Below the pieces are notes generated by a model that saw only the letters and a list, made by a program, of their open reading frames with translations, was not told the DNA's origin and did not search any database. The position numbers and the translations under genes are program-made. 64,000 nucleotides of DNA from Squalus acanthias (Eukaryota), in the NCBI GenBank assembly GCA_030390025.1, contig CM059432.1, positions 68,884,001 to 68,948,000 of the forward strand, read 5' to 3'. Below are positions 48,720 through 60,208 of the stretch, piece after piece (position 1 is the first letter of the stretch; each line of letters starts with the position of its first letter).

Positions 48720-49509
48720 GTAAGCTCGAGGAGCAGCACCTCATCTTTTTACTAGGTGCTTTACAACCCTCTGGCCTTAACATCGACTTTAACAATTTCA
48801 AATCTTGGCCACAGCTCCCATTTTCACTCAGATAGCAGGTGCTGGTAACGTGGGATATGTGCACCAGCACTTCCAGAAATGGGGGAGCTTGTGAGCTGGC
48901 TTTGGAATGGGGGAATCTCCTATCAGTACATGGATTGAAAATGATCTGCACCCCTGGTGTCACTTGCCTTTTTCTTCCGCTACACTCCTGAGACACTGCA
49001 GTATTCTCAGCTTTGCAAGATTTTCCATGCTTCGCTCCCCCTCTGTAACCATTTGCACATCCTCTGGGTATCAAATACATTATTTTATACCTCCCTATAA
49101 GCTATTCATCTGTAAGATCTCCTGGTTCTGATGAAAGATCATTGACCTTAAACGCTAATCCTGATATGTATGGTACTTGCACATTGTTAAGTGAACACTG
49201 ATGGGAGTAAGCATATTGTAACAATTACACGCCAAGGTATCTTTTGTATTGTTTATGTTATTCTTTGACAAAATATTTCAGGGGATCTGGAAATAAAATC
49301 AGCTAGTTATTATCCCACCAGTCTGAGTATTGATTCAGACATAACAGTGGCTACGAGAATATTATTAAAAAGATTGAATATTGGACATCTCTGTTTCTTA
49401 AGTCGTGGTCTACCTTGCCACTGAAATTATGTTATCATCTCAGCATTAGTTGGAAAAATCGGACAGTATTGAATGGGATCGAGCAGGAATGGGTATGTAG
49501 AAAGACTGA

Positions 49510-50176
49510 GGGGGGAAAATTAGCTTGCGCCCCCTATGGAGCGATAACTTCGTCGGGAAAGTTAGCGCCCCCGTGCCCGAAATTCAATGGTAGTGCCCCA
49601 AGCAGGAGGCAGGGCGCTACTGGAAGCGCTCCCCCTCCCTCTTGGGGCACTCCCATAGCGTGGCGCTATGTGCAGCAGCGCCATGCGCGTCAGCATGTAG
49701 CGCCGCGGTACTGCAGGCCTCCCACCCCTGATTAAAGGGGAGGGGCCTAGCGCAGTGTGCACCAGGGCCCTGCTGGCCCACCAGGGAGCGGGGTGCCAAC
49801 AAAAGAGCCCGGCACGGATCACATCCCGCAGCAGGAGGCCAGAGGGGGCAGGTGCTGGCAGGCGACCCAAAAGAAAATGGCCGCCCGGCACCTGCCCTTT
49901 AATTATCGCCGCCCCGGCCGCAAAAACGCCCCCTTGACCCTGTCGGACATAGCGTCTGGCGATAGGTCAGGGGGCGTGAGCCAAGTTTGTGGCCGGGGCG
50001 CGAGCGGGGCGCTGCCCACAGCAATGACGTCATCGCGACGGGGCACTATCGGCTACCACCGCCACTAACCTCCCACTGAATTTCACGGGAGGCATTAGCA
50101 GCGCCGCGCCCTGGCGCTAGTTGCTTTGCGCCTCAGGGCGTTAATGGGAGGCGCAAAGCAACCAAATTTTTCCCCC
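49510..50176. mobile_element. Harbinger MITE (667 bp) related to the ends of 19488-23635
   Basis: TIRs GGGGGGAAAATT / GGGGGAAAAATT, TSD TGA/TTA. Subterminal GCGCCTCCC(G/A)TTA(G/A)CGCC is shared with the autonomous element. Removing it restores the gag frame. Confidence 0.88.
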
Positions 50177-50589
50177 TTAATTTTTATTTTGAGGCAAATG
50201 AACTTGCAATAGAAGCCAAAAAGAGAGCAGTTTTACTTACTAACTGCAAACCTGCAACATATACATTGGTTCAGAATCTGATTGGTCCTGCCCAGCCTAA
50301 AGGCAAAACATATGAGGAGTTAGTCGAAGTAGTCAAAGAACATCTGAGCACAAAGCTATTCATTATTGCGGAATAGTTCAAGTTTAAACAGAGGAGGCAA
50401 AGGGATGATAAAAATATTTCTTAGTTCGTGGCAGAACTGAGGAAACTCTCTGAACCATGTGACTGGTGAATTTCTTGATGATTATAATAAGAGACGCTTT
50501 GTCTGCAAATTGAAGGAAACTTTGATACAGAGGAAACTGTTTCGAGAAGACAGACTCATGTCTGCTAGAGCTCTTGAAAAAGCACTTGA

Positions 50590-51674
50590 ATTACATAGGA
50601 TTACATAGAATATACAGCACAGAAACAGGCTATTTTGCCCAACCAGTCCATGCCGGCATTTATGCTTCACTCAAGCCTCTTCCTGTCTTTCCTTATCGAG
50701 CTCTATCAGTATAGCCCTCTATTCCCTTCTCCCTCATATGCTTATCTATCCTCCCCTTAAATGCATCTACACTTTTTGCCTCAACCACTCCCTGTGGCAG
50801 CGAGTTCCACATTCTCACCACGCTCTGAGTAAAGAAGTTTCTCCTGAATTTCCTATTGGATTTCTTGGTGACTATCTTATATTGATGGCCTCTAGTTTTG
50901 CTCTTCCCCACAAGTGGAAACACTCTCTCTGTGTCGACTCTATCAAGACTTTTCAGAATTTTAAAGACCTCTATTAGGTCACCCCTCAGCCTTCCCTTTT
51001 CAAGAGAAAAGAGATCCAGCCTGTTCATCCTTTCCTGATAGGTATACCCTCGCATTTCTGGTACCATCCTTGTAAATCTTTTTTGCACCCTCTCCAGTGC
51101 CTCTATATACAGTACTCCAAGTGCGGTCTAACCAAGGTTCGATACAAGTTTAGCATAACTTTTCTACATTTCTTCTATCCCTCTAGAAATAAACCCTAGT
51201 GCTTGGTTTGCTTTTTTTAATAGTCTTATTAACCTGCGTCACTACTTTTAGTGATGTGTGTATTTGTACTCCGAGATCCTTTTGTTCCTCTGCTCCATTT
51301 AGATTCTTATTTTCTAAGTAATATGTGATCTCTTTATTTTTCTTACCAAAATGTAATACCTCACACTTATCTGTGTAGAAATTTATTTGTCACTTATATG
51401 CTCATTCTGCAAGTTTATTAATGTTTTCTTGTAATTTGTTGCAGTCCTCCTCAGTATTGACTATCCCCCCAATTTGTTGTCATCCGCAAATTTAGAAATC
51501 ATGCTTTTGATTCCAAACTCGTTAATACAAGTTGTGAACAACATTGGTCCCAGCACTGATCCTTGTGGGACCCCACTTTCCACCTTCCGCCACTCTGAAT
51601 AGCTACCTTTTACCCCTACTCTCGGCATTCTGTCTTGAAGCCAGCTAGCTCTCCATTCTGCTACTTGTCCCCTG
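50590..51674 (-). mobile_element. CR1 LINE 3' fragment nested in gag
   Basis: ORF 50693-51088 is the CR1 C-terminus. ACTTGA is duplicated at 50584-50589 and 51675-51680. Confidence 0.9.
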
Positions 51675-54600
51675 ACTTGAGATGGAGACTGCTGCCAGGC
51701 ATGCTAGCGAGTTACAGGCCCCAGGGTCCAGCAGTTCTGGAGTGAACAGAGTCACTCAACCATGTTGGAGGTGTGGTAAAAATAATCATCATCCAGACCA
51801 ATGTTTTTGTAAGAAAGTTAAATCATAACTGCATAGAATTGGGCCATTTTGCTGGAAGCCAGGAGGTACTGCTGCATAGGAGGTAGGGAGAAGAAAAGAA
51901 GGCCCAAAGTCATATCATAGCGCTGTGTGGAATCAACAGAAGAAAAGACAAAAATCCAGTGTCCATTATGTCAATTCTGACGAGGAACCTGAGAAAGAAA
52001 GCACAGCACAAGGTTAAGACGGATGAAAGCAAGACACATTTTGGAGAAAGTGTTATGTATGATACTTGCATATTGCTAACTGAACATTAGATGGCCTCCT
52101 GATGGGATGAACATTGTAACGATTACAGTCCAAGGTATCTCCTGTATTTTTGTTGTTCTTTGATGGAATATTCCAGAGGGTCTAGAAATAAAAGCAGCTT
52201 GTTGTTACCCCACCAATTTGGGTGGTTATTCAGATATAAAAAAAACTACTTTCCTCTCTCTACAGATCCTGCCTGACCGGCTGAGTGTTTCCAGTATTTT
52301 CTGTTTTTATCACAGCCAATGAGCTTTTTTGAAATGTAGTAACTGTTATAATATAGGGAATCGCGGCAGCCAATGTGCACACACCAGCAATGAAATAACT
52401 GACTAGATAATCTGTTTGGGTGGTGTTGCCTTTGGGATAACTGTTGGCCAGGACAACTCCCTGCTCTTCTTCAAAATAGTACCATGGGATCTTTTTGTTC
52501 ACCTGAGAGGGCAGCTAGAGTCACAGTTTAATGTTTTATCCAAAAGGCAACACCTCTGACAGTGTAGCACACCTTAAAGTGTCAGCCTAGATTATGTGCT
52601 CAAATCTTTGGAGTAGGACTTGAACTTACAAACATTTGTGTCAGAGGCATATGTGCTATCACTGAGCCATTTCACAGACCTATTCTTGGACTCCACTACT
52701 CCATTTGCAAATTCTGGGGGTGTTTTTCCACTTGGACATCAAACGGGCATGATATCGACAGTGTGCCCGCAGTGCCCACCCAATTTAACAGTCATGAGGC
52801 CCGAACCATTTTCAGGTTCGGACCTCATTAACATTTTTCCAGTGATCTGCAGGTGTTAAACAGGCACTCCTGCTGTAGCTCACAGCTGTCCTGTGGTAGA
52901 AAGTTGGCCAGATGTAGCATGCAGCCAGCTGGCAGGTAAGGCCAGATGGGAGACGTGAAAGGTCTTGATTTGCATATTTAAACAACCTCCCACCTGTTTT
53001 GGGTGGGAATGCTGGGTGCTCATTTAAAGGCCCTGTCTGAAAATTGATTCTTATGGGCAAATAGGCGTTTGAGGTTCTCACCAGTTCTTCAGTTGAGACG
53101 TGTACGGCCAGCACTTGAATATCCCATGCTCTGTTGCTCCTGTTCTGCACTCTGCAATGATCAATCTTCCTACAGAATATTTTCAGGTTGTATCTGAAAC
53201 AGCAACATGATTCTTGACAGAATGTCTTGATTTGTTTTAAGCAAATGATGGTAATCTTAAACTGTTAATGGAATCATGCTGCCTCCATATCTCACAACAA
53301 GATAATATACATCTTTTAAATTGCAATTCAGTCATTGGTGTCATATTGAAATTAATGTAAAGCATGAATCTACCTGAGTTAGTCCAAGTTGAAATCTGGT
53401 TAAACTCCAGGGTAAAACCTATAGAGTAAACAAATTCATAAAATGACCTTTGGCATTGGGGTGACATTACTGTTAATTTGCTAATTTGGTATGAACATAA
53501 TCTGCAGTGACCTCTAAGTTCTCCATTACACTTAACTGTATCATTAGATAATAGGGAAAGCGAATGGAGTGACAGGACATTACTACATTGCTGTCAATCC
53601 TCATTATTAGTGTGTGTAGATTTCTCAGGTAAAAGCTTCTGACTGTGACTCTTTCCTCAGTGTTACCACATATAATCTGTTCACTTGGGTTTGTAGATGC
53701 AAGTGCACACCAAGCTCTAATACCATGTCTATGTTGGTGCAAAGAGAAACTCTGGTAGGCTCACACTGGGTGTCAGTCTGAGGTTTCCAGCATACAGCTA
53801 GCTGCTGACTGTAGACTTTTGAATTTAGCTGCACACATGGCGAAAATGGATGGCACTGTGGCAACTTGAATCACTGCTCAGACATTTCTTGTTACCTGGA
53901 GACACATTCAAAGGATCCCCCCAGCATGAAATCAGGACTCTTTACACTATGCTGATCAAACAGGTATAGAACTCACACCTGTGGGAGAACTAATACTGCC
54001 AGGCTCCATCTGGAATGTGATCCAAACTTAAAAGGCATTGTAATGATACTCAGGTCTTTCAGAAAGACACAAGTAAGCAAAGAACAATCTCCTCCTAGAA
54101 CTCAGTTTAAATGGTACTAACTTGTCTTTTACAAAGCCTACACTCCAATATGAATTGCTGTGATGCAAGTACCTGAAACAAAATGCTTTGTGAAAGCTGA
54201 ACAGTGAATGTAAGCAAGATATTTCAGCATGGGGAATATCACATCTGAACCCAATATTGACCTCACCCAACATCCACACACACGTGCGTATACACACACA
54301 TACATTCTAACTGGATCACAATGAGGAGTGGGAATCTAGTCTAATTTTTGCCCTCCCTCCCCAGTGAGGTCTGTTGGAATGCTCCCATCATTGCACTGAT
54401 TGAGCTCAACTAACTCAGTACAGACCAGGGACTGATCCGGAGACTTTCTTAATCTATTTATCTTGGTGGCATGCCAAGTGGAGGATTTGCCCATTGATGC
54501 ATCATGGGAGTCTTTGTGCTAAGTCTTATTTATACATAGAGCTGCCGTATGTAAATGCAATGTAACCAGGGCTCAGCAGGATCTGATCAGTACAGGAACT

Positions 54601-56906
54601 AGACTCAAGAGACTGGTATGAGTCCTAGTCAATAATATAGACAAGCTTTCAAGGGGTTGAGAGACTGGTGTGGAACCAAGAGTTAGACTTAGACAGATGG
54701 CAAAACTCAGGTCGACAGCATTATTGGCGAACACAGGAGTCAGTCCAGAGAAAACATGCATGTGCCCAAAGTGCTACCAGTGGTACTTTTCCTCAGGCAA
54801 TAGTGGTATTTCCAATATGACAGTACAGTCATTTGTCTCAAGCTCCTGCACAAGTTATTAATTCTGCTGTCAATTAATTCAACAACACTTCAATTTGACA
54901 CAGAAGTGAGAGCAGTTGAGTCAGCTGGAGTATTTGTTGTATTTACTTCATTAATGTTAGCTTACTGTACATTTATTGGTTTAGGAGCGCAGACAATTGT
55001 GAGCCCTATATACATAAAACAAAGCCCCTACCAGAGTGAAACCAGTACGATACAAACCCAGAACAAAGATTGAATGCTGAGCTCTTCTGACTGACATTGG
55101 CACGGGGACTCATTCCTCCAAAGGGACCTTGATGTCAGTGCTCTCTGGGTCGCAATCAAAAATCTCTACCCCAGCATGCTTTGCTATTCACTGCCAACAC
55201 AGGTGCTAGCAGAATGACATTGCCATGTATGATGCCGCACTAATGGTGCCAAGCCAGTTCATAACTACACTCATATCACTATTGACAACTTTTCCATTGT
55301 GTTTGTATTCTAAATTGCACAATCGGCTCTATTAATTATTTATACAACATCCAGAGTGACCTTTACTAGATTCACTCTGGGAACTAGTTTAAATGTAGTT
55401 TTCCTGACCTGCTTTGAAGATCTATTTGTTGACAGATTGGATAGGCTCTAGTTGATAATGTGCTGTAAGACCACTGGATCAGATACTGTCGCATTGTTTG
55501 TATGCAAATCTCCACCTTTTGGAAACACTCATCCTGTTTATCAAGTTTGTGGCGACATAAGATTTTTTTTCCACAGATTTTTGCTCTGTAATAAATCAAC
55601 CTTTCTGTTCATTGCTGTAATATAGAAACAGGTAACGCCCACTTTATTGTTCACAAGGATATTTTTCAGACTGAAACAAAGCTGTTTTGATCCAACTACA
55701 AACATGTCAATGTCTGTGTGACATAAGAGTCTTATATAGTTTAACAGGGATTAAGGGAGCCTCACCATAGAAAGAGACGGCTTTGCAGCTCCTTTACCTA
55801 TTTCTCATCTTTGTATGGGACTGAGGCAACCACTAAAATTATTTCTAAACCCTTTTAACCAAAGGTGATAAAGCATCCTATTTTCACCTAATTTATAGAA
55901 ACAAACCAATCACTTGTACTTCTCCCAAAAAACATCCACTATTACTTCTTCTTGTCATTACTATGGATGTAAAGTATTGCAAAGTACAATCTACCAAGAT
56001 CATTTGTCAATTAGAGTGCTAATATAACCTATTAGCACTCTACAATTTGTAGGCTGCCAGTATTGACTGTGTAAAAGATCCACAGTCAGAAGTATGCCAT
56101 AGCTTTTTGTGATTTAACTAATATGCACAATCAAGATGCTAATATTTTTGCGCCCTTTCACTGTTGTATTTAAATAAATGCATTATATGTGAATATTCAC
56201 AGAAAACTTTAAAATTCTTAACCAAACCATCCACACATGGATTTCAGATCAGTTTCAGAAATTCTAAATCAACTAACCACTGACCTTTTACATGCCATGT
56301 TAACGAAAAAGTTGGATTATTAGCAAATTGCTGGTAAGATGAACACTTCACCATGTTTTGTGTTTTTTTTCCTTCAGTTTTCTTGCCTCTCCGAAAGGCT
56401 CAGGCTCATGCAGTTCTATGATTCAATGAATATTCTGCAATTTTATTTGATTACCTTTTGGGGTCAGAAAATATTTATTCCTTCAAGCGATTAAATGGGT
56501 GGGACAGAATCCATGATGGCACATGGGCTGTGAAAGAAGTGGACCTCACAACAGTCTTCTGATACCTCCTCTAACTGGACATTCTTTGCATCTGAGCCTT
56601 AAAAGTGAATGCCAATAGGCTATTTTATTGTGGGACACAACACAAGCAATCCAAGTCCTGTCCTTGCCTGGATAGTAATCAGAAAATGGAACCCTGGTTA
56701 ATTTTCCTCTCTCTTGCTGGAGGGCACTAAAAAGCATTTTGGAGCTCGCACCGCTACCTTGGCTGAGATCACTAAGCAGCAGTCCAATATGGTGTGCATT
56801 TTAATATAGTAGATATATACCTGACTCAAGCACTTCCAAAAGTTTTAATAACAGCTGCATTTAACCAAGACATCAGGAAAACTCCCTGCTCTTTGAATAG
56901 TGCCAT

Positions 56907-57139
56907 GGGGCAGATTTTCATCTTCATCGCCTAGACAGCAATCTGGCGGAAATAAAAACAGAAAATATTGGAAATACTCAGCAGGTCAGGCAGTATCTGT
57001 GGAGAGAGAAACAGAGTTAACGTTTCAAGTTGATGACCTTTCGTCAGTAATCTGGCGGGTCAGATCGCCTGGCCATTATAGAACCTGCCTAATATTCATC
57101 CAACGGACTGTCCAGGCGGTGAAGATGAAAATCCACCTC
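56907..57139. mobile_element. Short TIR element (MITE) inside a SINE remnant, carrying a Penelope terminal insert
   Basis: TIRs GGGGCAGATTTTCATCTTCATCGCCT / GAGGTGGATTTTCATCTTCACCGCCT (rc). Confidence 0.75.
56950..57048 (-). mobile_element. 99-bp Penelope terminal fragment with hammerhead core
   Basis: Flanked by the AATCTGGCGG direct repeat (56940-56949, 57049-57058). rc reads CUGACGA-A-AGGUC-AUC-AACUU-GAAA-CG-UU-AACU. Confidence 0.8.
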
Positions 57140-57651
57140 ATGAGCTTTTTAACACTCTCTTGAACTATCAAAATAGTGCCTTGATTTAATGCTTCATCTG
57201 AAGGATGACAACTCCAACAGAGCTGCACTGAAGCACTAGCCTAGCTTATGTGCTGGAAGGTGCATAAGGTCAAGCTGTTATGAACTATGACATTCATTTT
57301 AAAGGTGTCAGAAATTTATAGGTGATAAACCTATATTTTTACATTTCAATGATTAAAAAGTAAAGAAAAAGTTATTGTTGCTATCTGCTATTTCTGGAAC
57401 AAAGCCAGGGGAGGATAATAGGGAATTTCCTATCTGATAGGCATCTTTGTCAAGCCACTTCTCAAAACCTTGGCTCCATCCTGGTCACCTTTAAACATAA
57501 AAGATTTGGATTTTCTTTGATGTAATTCCCGATAATTTCAGTCAGACAGCAACAGTTATTTGATCATATCTATCAAAATATTTATGTTCTTATTGGCTGA
57601 TGCTTGTCCATTTAAAATATATTGAGGAAACCTCCGCAGAACATGTGAACA

Positions 57652-58095
57652 GAAACATAGGAACAGGAGTAGGACATTCAGCCCTTCGAGCCTGTTCCGC
57701 CATTCAATGAGATCAGGGCTGATCTGCGACCTAACTGCATATAACTGCCTTTGGTCCATATCCCTTAATATCTTTGGTTAACAAAATGCTAACAATCTCA
57801 GATTTAAAATTAACAATTGATCTAGCATCAATTGCCGTTTATGGAAGAGAGTTCCAAACTTCTACCTCCCTTTGTGTGTAGAAGTGTTTCCTAATTTCAC
57901 TCCTGAAAGGTCTGGCTCTAATTTTTAGAATATACCCCCAGTCCTAGAATCCCCAACCAGCGGAAATAGTTTCTCTCTATCTACCCTATCTGTGCCCCTT
58001 AATATCTTGAAAACTTTGATTAGATCACCCCTTAACCGTCAAAATTCTAGGGAATACAACCCTAATTTGTGTAATCTCTCCTCATAACTAAACCC
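57652..58095 (-). mobile_element. CR1 LINE 3' end
   Basis: rc encodes YEERLHKLGLYSLEF*RLRGDLIKVFKI plus the CR1 3'UTR. Confidence 0.85.
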
Positions 58096-58272
58096 TCGAT
58101 AAATAAACATTGATAAAATTATTGTCTTGTTCTTTTGTGGAATTTGAGAGTGAAATTTTATCAGGAAATGAGAATAGTAGGATAAATGAACGACTCAGCT
58201 TATCCTTTTGATCAACCAAATGGTCCTCAATTTCTCAATGTAGTTAACCTTTATAAAGAACATTAACGCAAG

Positions 58273-60012
58273 AATCAGTGCTTGGGCCTCAGCTATTTAC
58301 AATCTATATTAATGAATTAGATGAGGGGACCGATTGTAATGTAGCCAAGTTTGCTGACGATACAAAGTTATGTTGGAAAGTAAACTGTGAGGGGGACGCA
58401 AGGAGGCTGCAAAGGGATTTAGACAGGTTAAGTGAATGGGCAAGGACGTGGCAGATGGAATATAATGTGGAGAAGTGAAGTGAAGTTATCCACTTTGGTA
58501 GGTAAAATAGAAAAGCAGAAGGTGCATGAACAGAGAGACCGGGGGGTATATGTGCACAAATCGTTGAAGGTGGCAGGGCAGGTTGAGAAAGCGATTAAAA
58601 AAGCATACAGGATCCTGGGCTTCAGTGTACAAAAGCAAAGAAGTTATGATGATCCTTTATAAAACACTGGTTCAGTATTGTGTCCAATTCTGGGCACTGC
58701 ACTTTAGGAAGGATGTGATGGTCTTAGAGAGGGTGCAGAAAAGATTACCGAGAATGGTTCCAGGGATGAGGAACTTCAGTTATGTGGATGGATAGAGAAG
58801 CTGGGGTTGTTCTCCTTGGAGCAGAGAAGGTTGAGAGGAGATTTGATAGAGGTGTTCAAAATCATGAGGGGCCTAGACAGAGTAGATAGAGAGAAACTGT
58901 TTCCATTGGTGGAAGGGCCGAGAACCAGAGGACACAGATTTAAGGTGATTAGCAAAAGAACCAAAGGCGACATGAGGAAAAACTTTTTTACGCAGCGAGT
59001 GGTTATGATCTGGAATGCACTGCCTGCAAGGGTGGTGGAGGCAGACTCAATCATGGCTTTCAAAACAGAATTGGATAGTATCTGAAGGGAAAAAATTCGT
59101 AGGGCTATGGGGAAAGAGCCGGGGGGGGGCGAGGAGTGGGACTAGCTGAAGTGCTCTTGCAGAAAGCCTGCACCGGTTCGATGGGCCGAATGGCCTCCTT
59201 CTGTGCTGTACCGTTCGATGATTCTATGATTCAATGAGAATATTTTTTAAATGGTGAGAGACTGGAAAGTGTTGGTATTCAGAGGGACCTGGGTGTCCTT
59301 GTACATGAATCACAGAAAAGTTAACATGCAGGTATAGCAAGCAATTAGAAAAGCAAATGGTAGATTAGCATTTATTACAAGGAATTAGAGTATAAGAGTA
59401 AAGAAGTCTTACTGCAATTATATAGGGCCTTGGTGAGACCACACCTGGAGTACTGAGTACAGTTTTGGAATCCTTACCTAAGGAAGGATACACTTACCTT
59501 AGAAAAAGTGCAACATAGGTTTACTAGACTGATTCCTGGGATGGGGGGATTGTCCTATGAGGAGAGATTGAGTAGACTAGGCCTATATTCTCTAGAGTTT
59601 AGAAGAATGAGAGGTGATCTCATTGAAACATATAAAATTCTTACATGGCTTGACAGAGTAGATGCTGGGAGGATGTTTCCCTTGACTGGGGTGTCTAGAA
59701 TTAAGGCTCACAGTCTCAGAATAAGGGGTTGGCCATATAGGACTGAGATGAGGAGAAATTTCTTCACTCAAAGGGTTGTGAATCTTTGGAATTCTCTACC
59801 CTAAAGAGCTGTGGATGCTCAATCGTTGAGTATATTAAAGACAGAGACCGATAGATTTTTGGATACTAAGGGATTCAAGGGATATGGGGATAGTGCGGGA
59901 AGGTGGAGTTGAGGTAGAAGATCTACCATGATGTTATGGAATGGCAGAGCAGGCTTGAAGGGTCGAAGGGTCGAATTGCCTACTCCTGCTCCTATTTCTT
60001 AAGTTCTTATGT
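58273..60012 (+). mobile_element. CR1 LINE (RT to 3'UTR) interrupted by a second CR1
   Basis: SVLGPQLFTIYINEL..KFADDTKL. Resumes at ~59240 (TATTTTTTAAATGGTGAGAG) through RRNFFTQRVVNLWNSLP. Confidence 0.9.
58521..59236 (+). mobile_element. Nested CR1 3' fragment (same family as 36008-38318)
   Basis: Highly similar to 37635-38318, with an ATTCTATG tail and AGAA on both flanks. Confidence 0.85.
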
Positions 60013-60208
60013 TCTGTTGAGAAAAGGCCATATGGGCCATCAAATTCACTTCATTCATAGCCCATTTACAGACATGGGCCTAAAAATTGGATATGGCCAC
60101 AAAACGGGCAGTGTTAAGGTCCAACTATGTTAAGATGCTCAAGTTCAAAATGGTCTAGGTAGCACGCAAAATTCTTGCTCAGTCCTCATTAACACGATTA
60201 TAGTATTG

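Larger units (their letters stand above)
49162..52241 (+). mobile_element. Gypsy-type LTR retrotransposon relic, gag only (LTRs 49162-49346 and 52051-52241)
   Basis: Direct repeats TG(A/T)TATGTATG..AAATAAAA..TTCAGA(C/T)ATAA, PBS TGGCTACGAG (49348-49357) and purine tract GGAGAAAG before the 3' LTR. Gag remnants YVERLNFYFEAN..KTYEELVEVVKEHL..FVAELRKLSEPC and zinc knuckle CWRCGKNNHHPDQC. Confidence 0.85.
47387..52309 (+). mobile_element. Penelope-like element in four pieces (47387-47811, 47983-48180, 48720-49161, 52242-52309)
   Basis: VLTFHP linker, VRQRFTC, RCSRCCLLYIRETK (GIY-YIG), KLEEQHLIFLLGALQPSGLNIDFNNF, a decayed hammerhead at ~49124-49160 and the terminal repeat. Confidence 0.8.
47337..52670 (-). 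mobile_element. Deu-SINE split into 47337-47386 and 52311-52670 by a 4.9-kb nested insertion
   Basis: Joining CAAAGCGCTTCA and CAGCCAATGA restores the tail seen intact at 30000-30020. Confidence 0.7.

Noticed and set aside
49124..49160. Functional hammerhead
   Set aside because: GAAA has become UAAA, the UH site is altered and stem II is mismatched. It is retained only as a relic.
52716..53045. Further MITE (also suspected near 39956 and 16636)
   Set aside because: A Harbinger-like terminus is visible on one side only, and I could not identify a matching TIR or TSD.
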